Positions 42,047 to 56,707 are shown, numbered from the stretch's first letter. The stretch is DNA of 64,000 bases from Amoebidium appalachense (GCA_963693365.1 CAVNZM010000007.1:1721979-1785978); one strand, 5' to 3'. Notes: a model not told the origin generated them from the sequence alone. Numbers and translations are program-made.

Positions 42047-43960
42047 ATGTGGGGCTACCGGTCATTATCGACTGAGATTTGGAGTTGGTGGTTGTGTGGG
42101 TTTGGATGCATGCTCAGATGTACTGTGTGTGTGAATGTGCAAGCACATGTCCATGTGCTTGGGGGTGATGGGCGGGCGGGTAGATGAGTGGGTGGGTGGT
42201 TGTGTGCGCATGCACACTTGTGCATGTGTGTGTTTCTCTTACTTGAACGCGCATTTGTATACAAGGATATGTTCTGCATGGTGTGTGGTGTGTCCTCGAT
42301 GCCATTTTTGTGCTTAATCGCCCTCATTTGTGCAAAAGGGATGGTGGTGGTGTTAAGTGTGGAGTGGTTTTCTTTGTTGTTCTGCATGGTGTGCATTGGT
42401 ATATAATCTGTGCCACGAAATGAGCACTGGTAGCTCACCATATATGGGCATCAGGATCTTGTGCACTACGGGCTGCTCAAGGCCATGCCCAAAACACTGA
42501 CCCACCCTGACCTGGGCATCAGAATGGCTGCAGCTGAGGTCTGCCCCCCCCCCCCCCCCCCCCCCAAATACACACACCCCTCTTCCTCACGGTCTTTCTT
42601 TGTCCATTTCCTCTGTGCACATGAGTTTATTTATTGGACACGTGCGCGCGCACACACACACAAACACACATGCCGAAATGGGGACACAAACGCGTGAGTA
42701 CACATGTACAGGTAGACACACGACGCACATGCATGTGGTTAGTTAACAACATACTCCACCCACCTTTCGTTCCGTCTATGGATTGTTGTTGATCTCACTT
42801 CTCTCTGTCTTCTTCTCTCTTCGTTTCCTGATGTTGTCTTCTTGTTATGTTTTCCTGACGTTTTTTTTTTTCTTTATACAGGTGTTGAACCAGGTGCTTC
42901 AACAAGACCCTGGGCTGGTCAGAGATCAAATCCTCGACGAGAAAAAGGTTCAGTCTGTTTGTGTATTTCCATGTTTTTTTCTGCTGGTGGCGTGCGTGTT
43001 ATGGTGGGGTTGTTTATTTTGCGTTGGTCGGATGTGTGGCAGGAGGTTCGTGTGCTTTTTCTGCATGGCTATTGGTAGTTTTAGTTACAATAAGGGGGTA
43101 TCAGACAGGGCTAAGAATGGAGATATAGTGTAATCCCATAGACACAACGAGGTATTCGGTGAAATATTTTCGTCTCCTATCCAACGACCCAAATACTTGT
43201 AGTTGTGTTTGGTGGGTGTGATTTGCCCGAACGATGATTGCCTGTGATATTGCCTTTGGTGGCTGATTGGTTTTATTCTGAGTGTAGACCTTTATAACAC
43301 TGTCCAAACTTCAACACAGTTCATCGCTAACACGACATTCAAATGCTGAATATTAAAGCAACCACCGCTACTTCCATTTTAGCCTCGGGGCGGCGAGCCA
43401 CATTGGTGACGTCGTTTTGTGCACAAATTTCATGACGCGGTGTCGCCCTGAAAAGGGCGCGAAAGGCTCTGTCGTATGTAGACATCGGCGATGTGACACA
43501 ATTTGATTGAGTCTCTTGGTTGGTGAGACGCATTTGAGAAATGTGGCTCTCGGGTGGTCAGAGCCCAGACGCTAAAATGGGAGAAGCGATGGTTGGTTTA
43601 ACATCACGCAACTTTTACGATATCTAGGCACTACACACACCTCTCATAACTAACACGTCACACACATGCTTACACGACACATTTTGACCCATAGTTAACA
43701 CTGACACACACCACGGACTGACTAAAATAAACTAGCAACTAACACGACACTCCATTTTCTTTTTTCTCTCTCTTTCACCCACACAGCCAGCAGGGAGGAA
43801 TCGTGGACGGGGGGGCAGTGTGAGTGTAGGGGACAGGCCCAAGAGACCGGGGCTGTTAAAAGTGCTCGTGCAGGCGTTTGTTGCAGAGACGGAGACGGGC
43901 ATGCGCACACACCTGAGCGAGATACTAAGGGTGTTGCTGGACCCGGATAGCATGGACACG

Positions 43961-43991
<31 letters not shown>

Positions 43992-44143
43992 TGTGTGTGT
44001 TTGTGTGTGTGTGTTTGGGGGGAGGGGGTGGAGGGGGGGGGTTTGTTTGGGGGGGGGGAGGGGGGGGGGGAAGGGGTATGTGAATACACCTAAACGAGAT
44101 ACTCAGAGTGCTGTTGGATTCGGATAGCATGGACACGGTATGT

Positions 44144-44191
<48 letters not shown>

Positions 44192-44918
44192 ATGGATTTG
44201 TGTTTGTGTGTGTGCTTTGGTGGGAGGGGGAGTGAGTGGGTGGGTAGGTGGAGGGGTGGAAGGGAAGGGGGGGCGGAGGGAGAGGAAGGGGGGGGGGGGG
44301 GGGGGGGGAAGTCAGGGTGAATGGGTGTGAGGGGTGGTGTAATGGGATGGAGTAGAAGCATTGAAAAAGAAGGGTGTGTGTGCGCGGGTGGACGTGCGGG
44401 TGTGCAATCACACATGCCTTTTCGTGCTTAGGGTGCAGTGGTACATACGTGTGCACGTGCAGGTACCCCCCCCCCCCCCCCCCCCCCCCCCCGCCCTCAC
44501 ACACGCCCGCGCACACAAACACACACACACACACACACACACACTCACGCTCACACACACACACACACACTCAAACACACACACACTCACACACACTCAT
44601 ACACACATACACTTACTCACAGACACACGTTTGGGCGTGCACGTACACAAACGTACACACGCACACACACACACACAGGCATACAAGGGCACTCACCGTT
44701 TCTCGTGTTCTCTTTCCCCCCCCCCCCCCCCCTTTTTTTGACCAGCATTTCCCCATGTGCAGGGCTTTCCCGTCTTGTAGCACGTGTACTTGTTACTGTT
44801 TAGTTGACTCGAGACCCCCCCAGCTCCCCGAACCCCGGCACTTTTGCATATCGTGTGTGTGTTTTCTTGGATGTCCTTTTGTCCTTCGTAAATTTTGTTC
44901 TTCACAATCTTTACATTT

Positions 44919-44950
<32 letters not shown>

Positions 44951-45633
44951 AGCAGGTGGATGGGCTACACTTGTGGTTCATACTCTTGGTTTTTTGCGTT
45001 TTTTGCAAATCTGCAATGCGTTGCCCGTTGTGAATGTGTTCTTGGTCCTCATACTACCCTCCCCCCCCCCCCCCCCCCCCCCTCCTATCCCCATTTCCCC
45101 CCTTCCCCCCTCCAGCCCCAAAATACACACACACACTCACTCACGCATGCGCATGTGCACACACATACCTACTCACACAAGGACACACGTACACACGTAC
45201 ACACGTACACATACACACAAGTACACGCACACACACACTCCTACACATGCACACATACACATACACACACACGTGCCCACACACACGGGCCCACACACAC
45301 ACATGCACACACACACGCACACACATACACACGTACACACGTATACACGCACGTACACACATATACACACACGTACACACCCCCTTTTCCCCCCTTCCAT
45401 TTTCCACAGATTGCGCGACGAAGTGAGTTCATGAACCACTTCTACGAAGACTGCTTCCAAACGCTTGTAGAGCCCATTGTCCAGGTGCCCGACGCACAGG
45501 CAGCCAGGGATGCATATGTCGACACAAAGGCACCACTGCTCTATTTCTTGGTGGAGCTACTGGCGAGTTATGTGAAGCAGCACCAGCATACGATAAGAAC
45601 ACACCTGCTGAGAACGGTGGTCATTGAGAAGGT

Positions 45634-45680
<47 letters not shown>

Positions 45681-46000
45681 GATGGTGTGGGTGGGGAGGT
45701 GGGGAGGGGGGAGGGGAGGGGGGAAGGGGGGGGGATTTGTGTACAACTGGGGAAATATTTTGGTATACTGGCGTGGCTGTTGGGGCATTGTGGGTGGGTA
45801 GGTGGGTGGTTGGATGTTGTGGGTGTGTTCAAAATGTATCCGAACAGGCCCATGCCTATGCGTCCGTGTGGGGGCGTGTGGGCGGTGTGTGAATGTGTGA
45901 AAGCATGTGTTCACTCGTGCATGTGTGTATTGATGAATGTACACACTGTGTGCTGTAAGAATCTGCCGAGATAGTTGGACATGCATGTGGCAAGAGACCT

Positions 46001-46033
<33 letters not shown>

Positions 46034-46895
46034 CGCGTTTTGGGTGCACACACACACACAAACATACACACACACACACACACATGCGAGTGCATGTTGC
46101 ACGCCCACACGTACTCACGTACACGTACACAAGCACATGCGTGCAACCGGATACATGGGAGCATGAGCATATGCACACAGAGGGGATGTGTGTGCATGCA
46201 CCCACGTGCGTACATACACACACGCAGTATCCACACAGCTACATTCAGGTACATACACGTGCACACACACGCGCGCACACTTGCACACCCTCATACATAC
46301 TTCCACATTCAAACATGCACATACACATATATCATTCGAACAGACTCGTACACGTACATCAGAGAGATAGGGAAAAGCGTTGGTGATGGTGCAAGTGAGT
46401 AAAGCAGAAGTAACATGATTTATCACTAAGCCAATCTGAAGTATAAATAAAGCAATAGCATTGCACAGGATTTAGACCCATCGGCAGAAGTAAGACCTCA
46501 GACTGGAACATGCACACACACACAAGGGCATGTGTGCTACTCATTCCTCTTCCACAAGCAGAGACGTATTGCACACAACTCTCGTACACACCAGGAGCTA
46601 ACTTTCTCGTTTTTCGTTTTTCCTTTTTTTTGTGCAGATTGCCATGCTTGTGGCCTCCAAGCACAAGTATCTTGCCCTCGGTAAGTCATCTGCAGCCCCC
46701 CCCCCCCCCCCCCCCCCCTTTCTGATGTATACATCTTTCGATCCTTTTTTCTCCCCCTGCGTGTCCCCATCATGCCCTACATCCACACACACGTGTGGGT
46801 GGACACACGCGCGCGCACACACACTCTCTCTCTTAGACACATGCACACATGCGTGCATGCACACACACACGCATGCCCTGGACACACACAGACAC

Positions 46896-46929
<34 letters not shown>

Positions 46930-47030
46930 CACAAGCACTGACGCACACACAGGCAGACACATACACACACATACACACACACATACACACCCTGGACACA
47001 CACACACACACCACACACGCACACACACAA

Positions 47031-47061
<31 letters not shown>

Positions 47062-47918
47062 CACACACAAGCACTGACGCACACACAGGCACACACACAC
47101 ATATACACACTCACATACACACTCACCCACACACACAAACACACACACACACACACACGCGCGCGCGATCACACACACACACACACATTCTCCCCACCCT
47201 CCTCGTTCTCCCCTTCCCCTCACACACAGACACACACAAAACTTTGTTCATCCCCCCCCCCCCCCCCCCCCCCTCCCCCCGGGACCTGCCCCCCCGCCCC
47301 CCTCCTCCTCCCCCCCCCTCCAATGCATTGAGTTTTCCTTCATGACTGTGTACTTAAGGAGACTCAGGGGATGGAATTTAGTTTAATATTGGGGGTGCGC
47401 AACGGATCGAGATCGTATAATTGATCCAGTCGATCAATTGATGCCGAATTGTCCGAAAGTTCAATTTGCACTATAAACCCCGTCTAGATCCTGGACGATT
47501 GACCGCATAAACTTTGGGAGAAAATGAAAATTCACTTATAAAGTGGGGGGTTATTACCTAATAGAATTTATCGTCCGGGGGAGTGGTAGGCCTCGGTTGA
47601 GGTGCCCATGTTTTGCTTAGCATAAGCAATTATGGAGAGGGTAGAATAAGACCCTACGAGGGGCTGATATTGAAACTTTGTTATGTAATTGCCCCCCACT
47701 TTACTAGTAGGATTTTATTTTCAGGGCAAATTTATGCGGTCATTCTCTCTGGATCTAGCGTCGAAACTTAGATAGCTTGTATTTGAAAGCCCCGAAAGTG
47801 ACAATTTCAGCCGGCTCACAGACTGGAATTTGATCGATCCCGATCAATTGGACCCCCCGATCACATTGCCTGCAAACCATCCCCTAAGTCTCCTTAATAC
47901 TCCCATAACACATTCTAA

Positions 47919-47956
<38 letters not shown>

Positions 47957-48168
47957 CAGGTGCTCTACGTTTTCTCCGTGCAGTGCTTGTAGAGAAGGAG
48001 GAGCTGTATGTGCGCTACCTAGCCAAACACCAGACATTGGAATATGTGGTCTTGGCATACGAGGCAAATGCAACAAGGCCAAACATGCTGAACTCGGCGG
48101 TTATAGACTTCTGCGATACACTCAGAAAGGTAATGTGTGTGTGTGTGCGGTGGGGGAGGGGGGGGAGG

Positions 48169-48199
<31 letters not shown>

Positions 48200-48641
48200 G
48201 GGGGGGGGTTGGGTGCGGGCGGACGGTACGTGGGTACACATAGTGGTGTATGTGCGTACACACACACACAGTGTGTGTGCGTTTATGCACAAGCACACGT
48301 GTGTGCACACGCGCGTATGTACAAGCACGCTGTGTGTGTGTGTGCGTTTATGCACAAGCACACGTGTGTGCACACGCGCGTATGTACAAGCACGCTCGTG
48401 CACATACACAAACACATGCGCACCCTGTTGATTATGCCCACTTCTACTCACATTCATATGTACGCATGCGCACTTATCAGCACATTCCCACGCTCTTATC
48501 GTATCAGTTTTCGTGCGCGTGCATATTATATGCACACACATTTTCATACGTAAACACATCACAAGGGGGTAAAAGACACACACTGGTATCCATCTACACT
48601 GTTATCCATCTACACTCATATCAGTTCTCGTGCGGGTGCAT

Positions 48642-48729
<88 letters not shown>

Positions 48730-49384
48730 TTTCCCACCTACACTCACACGCAACGTGCCTCCATCATTTGAGCTCACTACTGCATGCATATGGCATTATC
48801 TACCAACACAGTACTGGCGTAAAACAGCTCAGACGTGTGGCGTGCCTGTGTCTATGTCTGTCTCTGTAATGGAAGTAACAGAGAGTAATAGGAAGTAAAG
48901 GGGAGTAGGAGTACGTGGACCCATAATCTCATCCATCCAGGGTCAACAAGCATTTGTCCTTATCCACACCACACATGCATTTTCTCTCTGCCATTCTGAG
49001 GGTGTGGGTGGATGAAAAAAGCCCAGGGCAAATATTTTAGGAGGAGAGGTGTCCGGGGGAAGGGGGAGATCTGGTTTATATATATATATATATATATATA
49101 TAATGGGGGGGGGGGGGGGGGGGGGAGGGGGATGGCGGGATGTGGCTGGAAGGAGTGGTCGACTCAATGCATACTGGGAGAGTGTTGTTGTGTTTGTTGT
49201 GTGTCCCACGTTTCCTTTCTTGTGTGGAGCTGGCAGTATGTGTTGCGGGATTGGGCCCAAGTGTTTTTTTTTTTTTTTTTTTGGGCTGCGCATTCTTATG
49301 TCGAGGCGAATTTTATCTAACCCCCCCCCCCCCCCCCCCCCCCCCCCACCACCACCACCACCACCACCACCACCACCACCACCA

Positions 49385-49423
<39 letters not shown>

Positions 49424-49635
49424 CAAAAAACAAAAATTGTTGTTGTTTTTGCGAAATCCTAACACTGCATTTAATTTATGTTTGTTGTTTTTTCAGGACG
49501 AGAACAAGGTGCTCCTCAAGCAGCTAGTGGAGACGTATGGGCCACGGATACGAGACACACTGCCAATCTACAAGACAATGCTGGCACAGCACGAACAGAA
49601 CGAGGACACGGCAGGATTTAACCAGGAGACAACGT

Positions 49636-49708
<73 letters not shown>

Positions 49709-50267
49709 CGTGTGCGTGGGTGGGTGGGATGGGGTGGGGTGGTTGCATAGAAGGATTATTTGTTTGCGGGGGGCAAGTACACCGGCATCTGTGTAGCTGG
49801 GTGTGTTGGTGGTGGTGGAGGGGCGGGGGAGGAGGGGGCATTAAACCATAGGGGTGAGGTGTGTGTGTGTGTTTGGGGGGGGGGGGGGGGGGGGGGGGGG
49901 TAGAGCAGTTTTGGAGTGCCATTGCGATGATTTTGTTCTACCAGTTTATTATTGGCTTTTCTCTGACTTTTCCCCTGCCTCCCCCTCCCTCCCCCTCTCT
50001 TCCCCTTGCCCCCTGTCCCCTCACTTTTTCCCAAGGCACACACACATGCATAACACTGGCACATGCACACTTTGTGGGCACGGGCACACATATGCACGAC
50101 CTCAGATGCACACGTACACACACACACCAACACACACACGTACACGTACACACATCACACACGTACACACCCGCACGTACACGTACACACACACGTCACA
50201 CACGTACGCGTGCACACACACGTACACGTACACGTACACGTAACACACGTACACGTGTACATGTACA

Positions 50268-50318
<51 letters not shown>

Positions 50319-50725
50319 GCAGTGAGTCGTCCTCCCGTTTCCGCCGTGACGCCCGTCAGATGGACGCAGACGAGGAAGACTGGTTCGAGGATGACGAAAA
50401 TGATGACGGGCCCGGGTTGGCCCCCCCACGAGTCAACACACCTACTCGAGTCGGCCCGGTTCTTCTGGTCCGGCCCAAAATCCTCGGCCTGAGAAAGGTT
50501 ACAGTTTCGTCGAACGAAGGGAACACGAACTTTAACGGGAAAGCAAACGAAAACAGGCCTTCTCTTCTACCTTTGGTTCCCTATGGGGATGAAGATGATA
50601 GTGATGGGAGCGACGGGGAGAGTGGATCGGCGGAGAAAGGGGAAACGAGTTCTGGCAGCGATGCGGTGGAAAAAGAGAAAAATAGCGGGGGGGAGGGGGT
50701 CGGATGGGGGGAGTGGGGGGAGTAG
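39196..50725 (+). CDS. PPP4R3: Protein phosphatase 4 regulatory subunit 3 (SMEK/PSY2), 10 coding exons; two apparent +1 frameshifts in exon 1
   Basis: Exons 39196-39977, 41139-41606, 42455-42538, 42882-42947, 43787-43960, 45410-45631, 46638-46680, 47960-48129, 49497-49633 and 50323-~50725. EVH1-like RVKVYEL...WLDRGCGHV, Q.DTLIVW, LALSFQEKEGCEEVW; SMK-1 region GVLEYDP, KIHTTYRLQYMKDVILP; NMLNSAVI; RFRRDARQMDADEEDWF. The C-terminal end lies in G runs and is uncertain. Confidence 0.92.
43357..43597. mobile_element. Family K1 MITE, opposite orientation, in a PP4R3 intron
   Basis: TTAA at 43353-43356 and 43598-43601; ~35-bp imperfect TIR AGCAACCACCGCTACTTCCATTTTAGC; shares GCCCAGACGCTAAAATGG and CCACATTGGTGACGTC with the 23990 copy. 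Confidence 0.75.
44075..44137 (+). pseudogene. Decayed tandem duplicate of the 3' part of PP4R3 exon 5 with its donor site
   Basis: GM*IHLNEILRVLLDSDSMDT|gtatgt versus the functional GMRTHLSEILRVLLDPDSMDT|gtgtgt (43898-43960); in-frame TGA at 44081. Confidence 0.85.
47358..47893. mobile_element. Foldback MITE, TTAA-flanked, Kolobok-like; family K2
   Basis: TTAA|GGAGACTCAGGGGATGG ... CCATCCCCTAAGTCTCC|TTAA; nested internal inverted blocks TCCAGTC/GACTGGA, TAGATCC/GGATCTA, GACCGCATAAA/TTTATGCGGTC, TAAAGTGGGGGG/CCCCCCACTTTA. Confidence 0.8.
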
Positions 50726-52363
50726 CAAGGGAACTGGGGAGGGGGGGGTGGCTAGTATGGAGGGGGTTGAAGAGGTAACTGCCTCTTAGGTGGGTAGATA
50801 TAAAGGGGAAGGGGGGGGGGGGGGGGGGGATTTTTTTTTTGGGGGGGGGGGGGGGGGGAAGAGGGGGGGGGGGGGGGGGGGGGCAAACGAAGGAGTGGGA
50901 ATAAGGTGTGTGGGAGTTTGGGAGGGAGGGGAGGAAAAGGGGGGGGGGGGGGGGGGGGGGGGGGCTAAACTGGTAATTTAACAGAATCTTTCTTGTTTTC
51001 CTGTATTCGTAGGTTTTACTTTTGATTTCTTTCACTGGCTCCGGATAACACAGGGTCGTGTATATGGCCACTATTGACGTACGGTTGCATATATACAGAC
51101 ACACACAGCTGTTGAACACATAAGCAAACGAAAATAGAGTTGAACACACACAAAACACACATGTACACAGCACACACACGCACGCACACATGCACACGCG
51201 CACACGCACACACGCACACACACACACACACCTGCCATCCCCAACGACAAGTCGATGCTATATATAGACAACTTAACTTGTAGCCACGTATCCCCCATGT
51301 GCTTTCCAATATGTTTGTAGCAAGGAAGCATGGGGTGGCCATGTTTGATTTGGGCAATTTCGGCCCCACCCACCATGCTGGCTATGGGGGGTGGGGGCTA
51401 GTGGCCGGAATTATGCCGAGTTATATGGCTGTGTCCGGTACACGCCGACATGAGATTACATACAGACGGGCAGATTAGCCATATATCCGAGTGCACTGGT
51501 CATCGTCCGGGCCTTCCCCGCAAAAGTGATGGTGTACACATATGAGACTCCCTTCCGCCTTTGTGTGTGTGTCTGTAGGGGGGGGGGGTCTGCGAATACT
51601 CTGATGGGAGCTCGTTGCAATTCTGGCAATGTGCGGGGGCCCGGGGGAGGGGGGTAGCTTCGAATTCGTCGATACTTGGAGTAGCACGATGCAACCCCCC
51701 CCCCCCCCCCCCCCCCGGGCCCTCCCACCCCTCTCCCCGGCGCATACACACAGATACACGTCACAGTGCCACGGTCTGACACGTACTGTCAAACCAAGGC
51801 ACACACACACGTCACACACACACACACCCACACACACACCCGCACACACAGAGTCACACACACCACAGGCACACAACTAGCTTGACATGCACAAACACAT
51901 ACATTCACTGGCACACATGTACACCTGTTGGCACACATATACCCACAATACCTCTCCACACACACACATGCACAGACTCACACTGTCTGGACACTTACAG
52001 TCACGCATGTGGCCACGCAATGACAGGAACGTGTGAGTTAAGCTTCATGTCCCCCCCCCCCCCCCTCCCCCCCTCCCCCCCCCTTCCCCACCCAAAATCC
52101 TGTGGCCAACCGATCTAATTTTAGCGGGGTGCATATATACCACGAGTACGGTACACCGAGGATATATAAAATTACGAAATGGCCGGGAAATATTCCGTAC
52201 CCATGTTCCACACCACTCCAAAGCCCATGCTGCTTGAGTAATTGCAATTGAGCATTGGTATTTGGGCCGCATCTGCAGCTGTTTTCTCAGTTGAACTATA
52301 TTAGTGCTACACTAAGTTGCTACTTTGGCCTGGGCTAACCATTTTGGCCTAGCTGCAGTTGCA

Positions 52364-52399
<36 letters not shown>

Positions 52400-52590
52400 A
52401 ACTCCCGTGCGCGTGGCGCCCCGCGGCCGCAAAATGAACTGCCGCACGAACACTTCCGTGCACAGTCGCGCTAGAGCTCAAACGCCGTCACACATTGTCG
52501 CATGCATCATGCCTGGCCCGTGTACTATAATATAATCATTATGTTTTTCAAAGTGCACGCTTGACCTGCACTTGGCACCGGTAATTATCC

Positions 52591-52658
<68 letters not shown>

Positions 52659-53376
52659 GGAGAGGCTTGAGGTGCACGATGCAACGCGGTAAAAAATGAA
52701 TTGAGGGGGAGGGGGAGGAGTTGAGAGGGAGAGGTTCCCAGCGCTAGCATGATTAGTTAGCATAACGCCGCAAGAGAATAGAGGTCTATACAGCCATAAT
52801 CAAATAGTATGTCCATGTACCATGTGCGCATAGCATTACGCATTGAGCATCTGATGCGTAGCTGTAATCACCACACATGTGCTGGCTGATCAATCGTAGA
52901 TTTTCGTGATCGTGGACTGTAGGTGTTCCATTACTGTATATATCAATATTGACCTTGTACGCACGTGAGTGGGACAAGGGCCGGCCTCAGTCCCCCGTAC
53001 AGAAACTTACTGCATGAATATATGCGGACAAATACACACGGCATGGCATACTACGTGAAACATGCTTCACCCATTAGTATACGCACAGAGCAATGGTTGG
53101 GGAACAATCTATTTGACCGTTTCCTGAAGCTATCCGAATCCGAAATACTACACGAACAATGTCATTGAACTCCAAAGGGAAAGGGAGGGGGGGGGGGGGG
53201 GGGGGGGGGGAAGGATCGTGGCTTGGTCTGCCTGAAGGAGAACTTAGATTGCATACTTTCTTCAAAAGAGGAGGGAAACTTTACAAAATAAACCAAAACA
53301 AAAAACCCCACACAGCAGTAATATGGTTTCGAGCATAAACCAATAAATCATAAGCTGACAAACAAGAGGAAGTGCC

Positions 53377-53728
53377 TCAGGCCGCCATCGCATGCTCCAT
53401 CAGCAGTTTCTGCAAGTCACCCAATCAGCAACCAGCAAATCCTTAATATCCACGTATAATCTTGCCCTCCCCCCCCCCCCCCCCCCCCCCCCCCCAACCT
53501 TGCCCTTCACCCATCACCACACCTACACACTACACACACACGCCTCCCTCCCCCCCCCCCCCCCCAACCCGCCTCACCCTTCCTGCCTGGGCACATTATT
53601 TCTCTTCTGCAAATATTGTCCTTGATTTTCCCTCTTTATCCCTCCAAGCACATGTCGAAGTGGCAAGGTCACACTGCAAAAACGCCCAGGCACATAGGCA
53701 ATATCTATTCCACTCCCCCCTCCCCCCC

Positions 53729-53760
<32 letters not shown>

Positions 53761-54725
53761 ATTACCACGCGCACACTCGAACACACAACCTCTGTCCTCT
53801 CCTCTCACACAAATACCCCCCCCCCCCTTCTCCCCCTTGCCCAGGTCTCCCCTCCCCACCGCGCACACACCTTCAACGGAGCCATAGCGTTTGTAGCATT
53901 CAACCCCAGTGCCCTTAAGGCCACCACCGGGGCCCAGTCTGTGGTGTAGAGCCGCTTAAGGGCATCCGTGGCTAGCATCATGGGGGCATTGGACCGTTGA
54001 CGGGTGGTCTCATATGCAAGGAGCGTCTGCCTGTTGCCTGGAAAATGTGGTTAAAAAAAAAAAGAGGGAGTGAGAAAGGGAGAGAGAGGCAGAGGGGGGG
54101 AGGGGGAGGGGGGGGAGAAAGAGCAAAAGAGAGAGGGGGGGGGGGAGGGGGGATGGAGAGGGGAAGTGCAAAAAAAGGGGGTAAGGAAGCAAGGCAGTTA
54201 TGTTGGTGATAGCTGCAGTTTGGTTGGCCGGTGTGTGTGTGTGTGAGTGTGTGTGAGTGAGTGTGTGTGTAAACGAGCGAGTGTGCCTGTGTGTGTGTGT
54301 GTACACGTGCGTGCATGTGTGTATGTCTGTGTGTGTGCGTGTTTGTGCGAGTGCGTGTGCGAGTGTGTGGCTGGTTAAGAATGTTTGCGGGCTTGCGTGC
54401 GAGCACCCGTTGGTGTGTCGGTGCCTGCATGTGTGTGTGTGTGTGTGTCGGTATGCACACGGGCGTGTCTGTGTCTGTGTTGTGTCTGTCTGTCTGCGTA
54501 TCTGCCTGTGCATATGTGTGTGCGTACGCGCATGTGTGCGTGTGCGTGTGCGTGTGTGTGTAAGGGGGGAGGGGGGAGGGGGGGGGGGGGGGGGGGGGAG
54601 GTTCAGGTACCGAGATCCAGGCCACAGTAAGCATCATCAACGATCCTCTTGGCCAGGTCTTCCACATCACCAAACCCAAGATTGACCCCCTGGCCGGCTA
54701 GCGGGTGTACTCGGTGTGCAGCATC

Positions 54726-54779
<54 letters not shown>

Positions 54780-54978
54780 CGCCGACATATTTGTATGCAT
54801 ACAAACACATGGGTGTGGGCATGCATGTGTGCGACTATGTGCTGGTGTGTATCCGGGCATATTTGCAGGTTTACATAGTAGTGGTGTCTGAATTGTTAGA
54901 AGAGGAATAAGAAAGTGGTGTGAGCCAAAGGCCCCTGGGTAGGCCCCGGTGTATTTTTCCCACCTTTGTCTTTCCTTC

Positions 54979-55066
<88 letters not shown>

Positions 55067-55882
55067 GTATGCAGGGTTGTAAAAATGGAGGTGGAGAAAC
55101 TAAAAATATGAGGCGGAGGCACAACACGACAGCGAGAAACACTAAATATGGAAACTATTAAAGCAAGCCCAAGGGTCACACGCACACAAGTGCGCAAGTA
55201 GTGTGTTATCTATTCGTCTACCCCCTTGCCTACAAGACGTACCGGTGTGTGTAACACTACCTACATTAACATTAATTTCTTTAGGAGAGTACAAATACTT
55301 CAGGTTTTCAGGAGGTCGGTATCCGGCTGCATGCAGTCAGAATGACGTCACTATGATATCAGAAACTGATTGGACTAACCTATTGGTTTTGCCTATATGG
55401 TGCAATCTCCTTTTGGGGCATACCGAAAATAAATGAAAAAATTGAAGGAATCCATGACAAATGGTGTATGTCAATCCCAGACACCAGAGAAATTGCCGAC
55501 ACTCGTTAGAAACCATGATCATGAGGAGACAAAAAAAAAAAAAAAAAAAAAAAAAGAATTTCGGGGAGTTCCGGGAATTGAACCCGGGACCTCTCGTACC
55601 CTAAACGAGAATCATACCACTAGACCAAACTCCCTTGATACTCACCTCGCCGATTGTTCGTATAAATTAATAAAGCCCGGCTGCCATTATACTACAATGT
55701 CTGTAAGGCTCGGTTGTCAGCTTACACAATCAGATATGGAGTTACACAAACACTATAATCGAGAATGACGGTTCAACACAAACATACAAACACATAAACA
55801 CGCAAACCCATCCCTTTCATAGTCCTCGTATATCCGTGCACCTGTCTTAATGTGTTTGAGTTCTGTTCTTGTGTGTGTGTGG

Positions 55883-55917
<35 letters not shown>

Positions 55918-55926
55918 TGTACGTAT

Positions 55927-55986
<60 letters not shown>

Positions 55987-56707
55987 GGGGAGGGGGGCTC
56001 ATACCCGACCAGAGCTGTCCTGTGTGCAATGTACTGAACCGAATGGCCAAAGCCCAGGGGGAAGGCAGCCCTACTGCCTGGGGCGACACTTGAAATTTGG
56101 GGTGGACTCTGGGGGGGTCTGATCCCGGGCCTGTGGAAGGCGTGGGCCTGTTGTTGCATTTTTCAGTTAGATATGCCCTAATTTTCGCTCTAAATATGAC
56201 CTGGTTTATACGTCAGATAACCCAATTCTAATTTAGATATGATCCGATTTCACACAAATACCGTGCACGTGGGAGCCTGTTCCCAGTACGGCTGCCCGGG
56301 TGGCGCAGCATGCGGGGGGAGAGGGGGGGGGGGGGGAGGGGGAGGGGGGGACGGGGGGATATATGTATTAGAAGATAGTAAAGATATTGAAACACACAGA
56401 GAGACGACACAAAAAGGCCTAGACAGAACACAACTGTGTTGGAGAGATGCTACTGAAAAAAGCGGGGAGTGGGGGGGGGGAGGAGGGGGGAGGGAGGAGG
56501 GATTGAATCCCCCATAGAATACGAAGTATACGTTGGCAACGAGCACCACTATGCAGACTGCATGCCGGGAGGGAGGGGGGGGGGGGATTGGATTTCTTAC
56601 AGAAGGTTCGTGATCGGCAAAAGGGAAGAGGTCTGAGGGTTGGGCTGTAAGGGCAGTGTTGAGAGCATAGACGAACTCATCGTCTGACACACCCACCAGA
56701 CGCTTGG

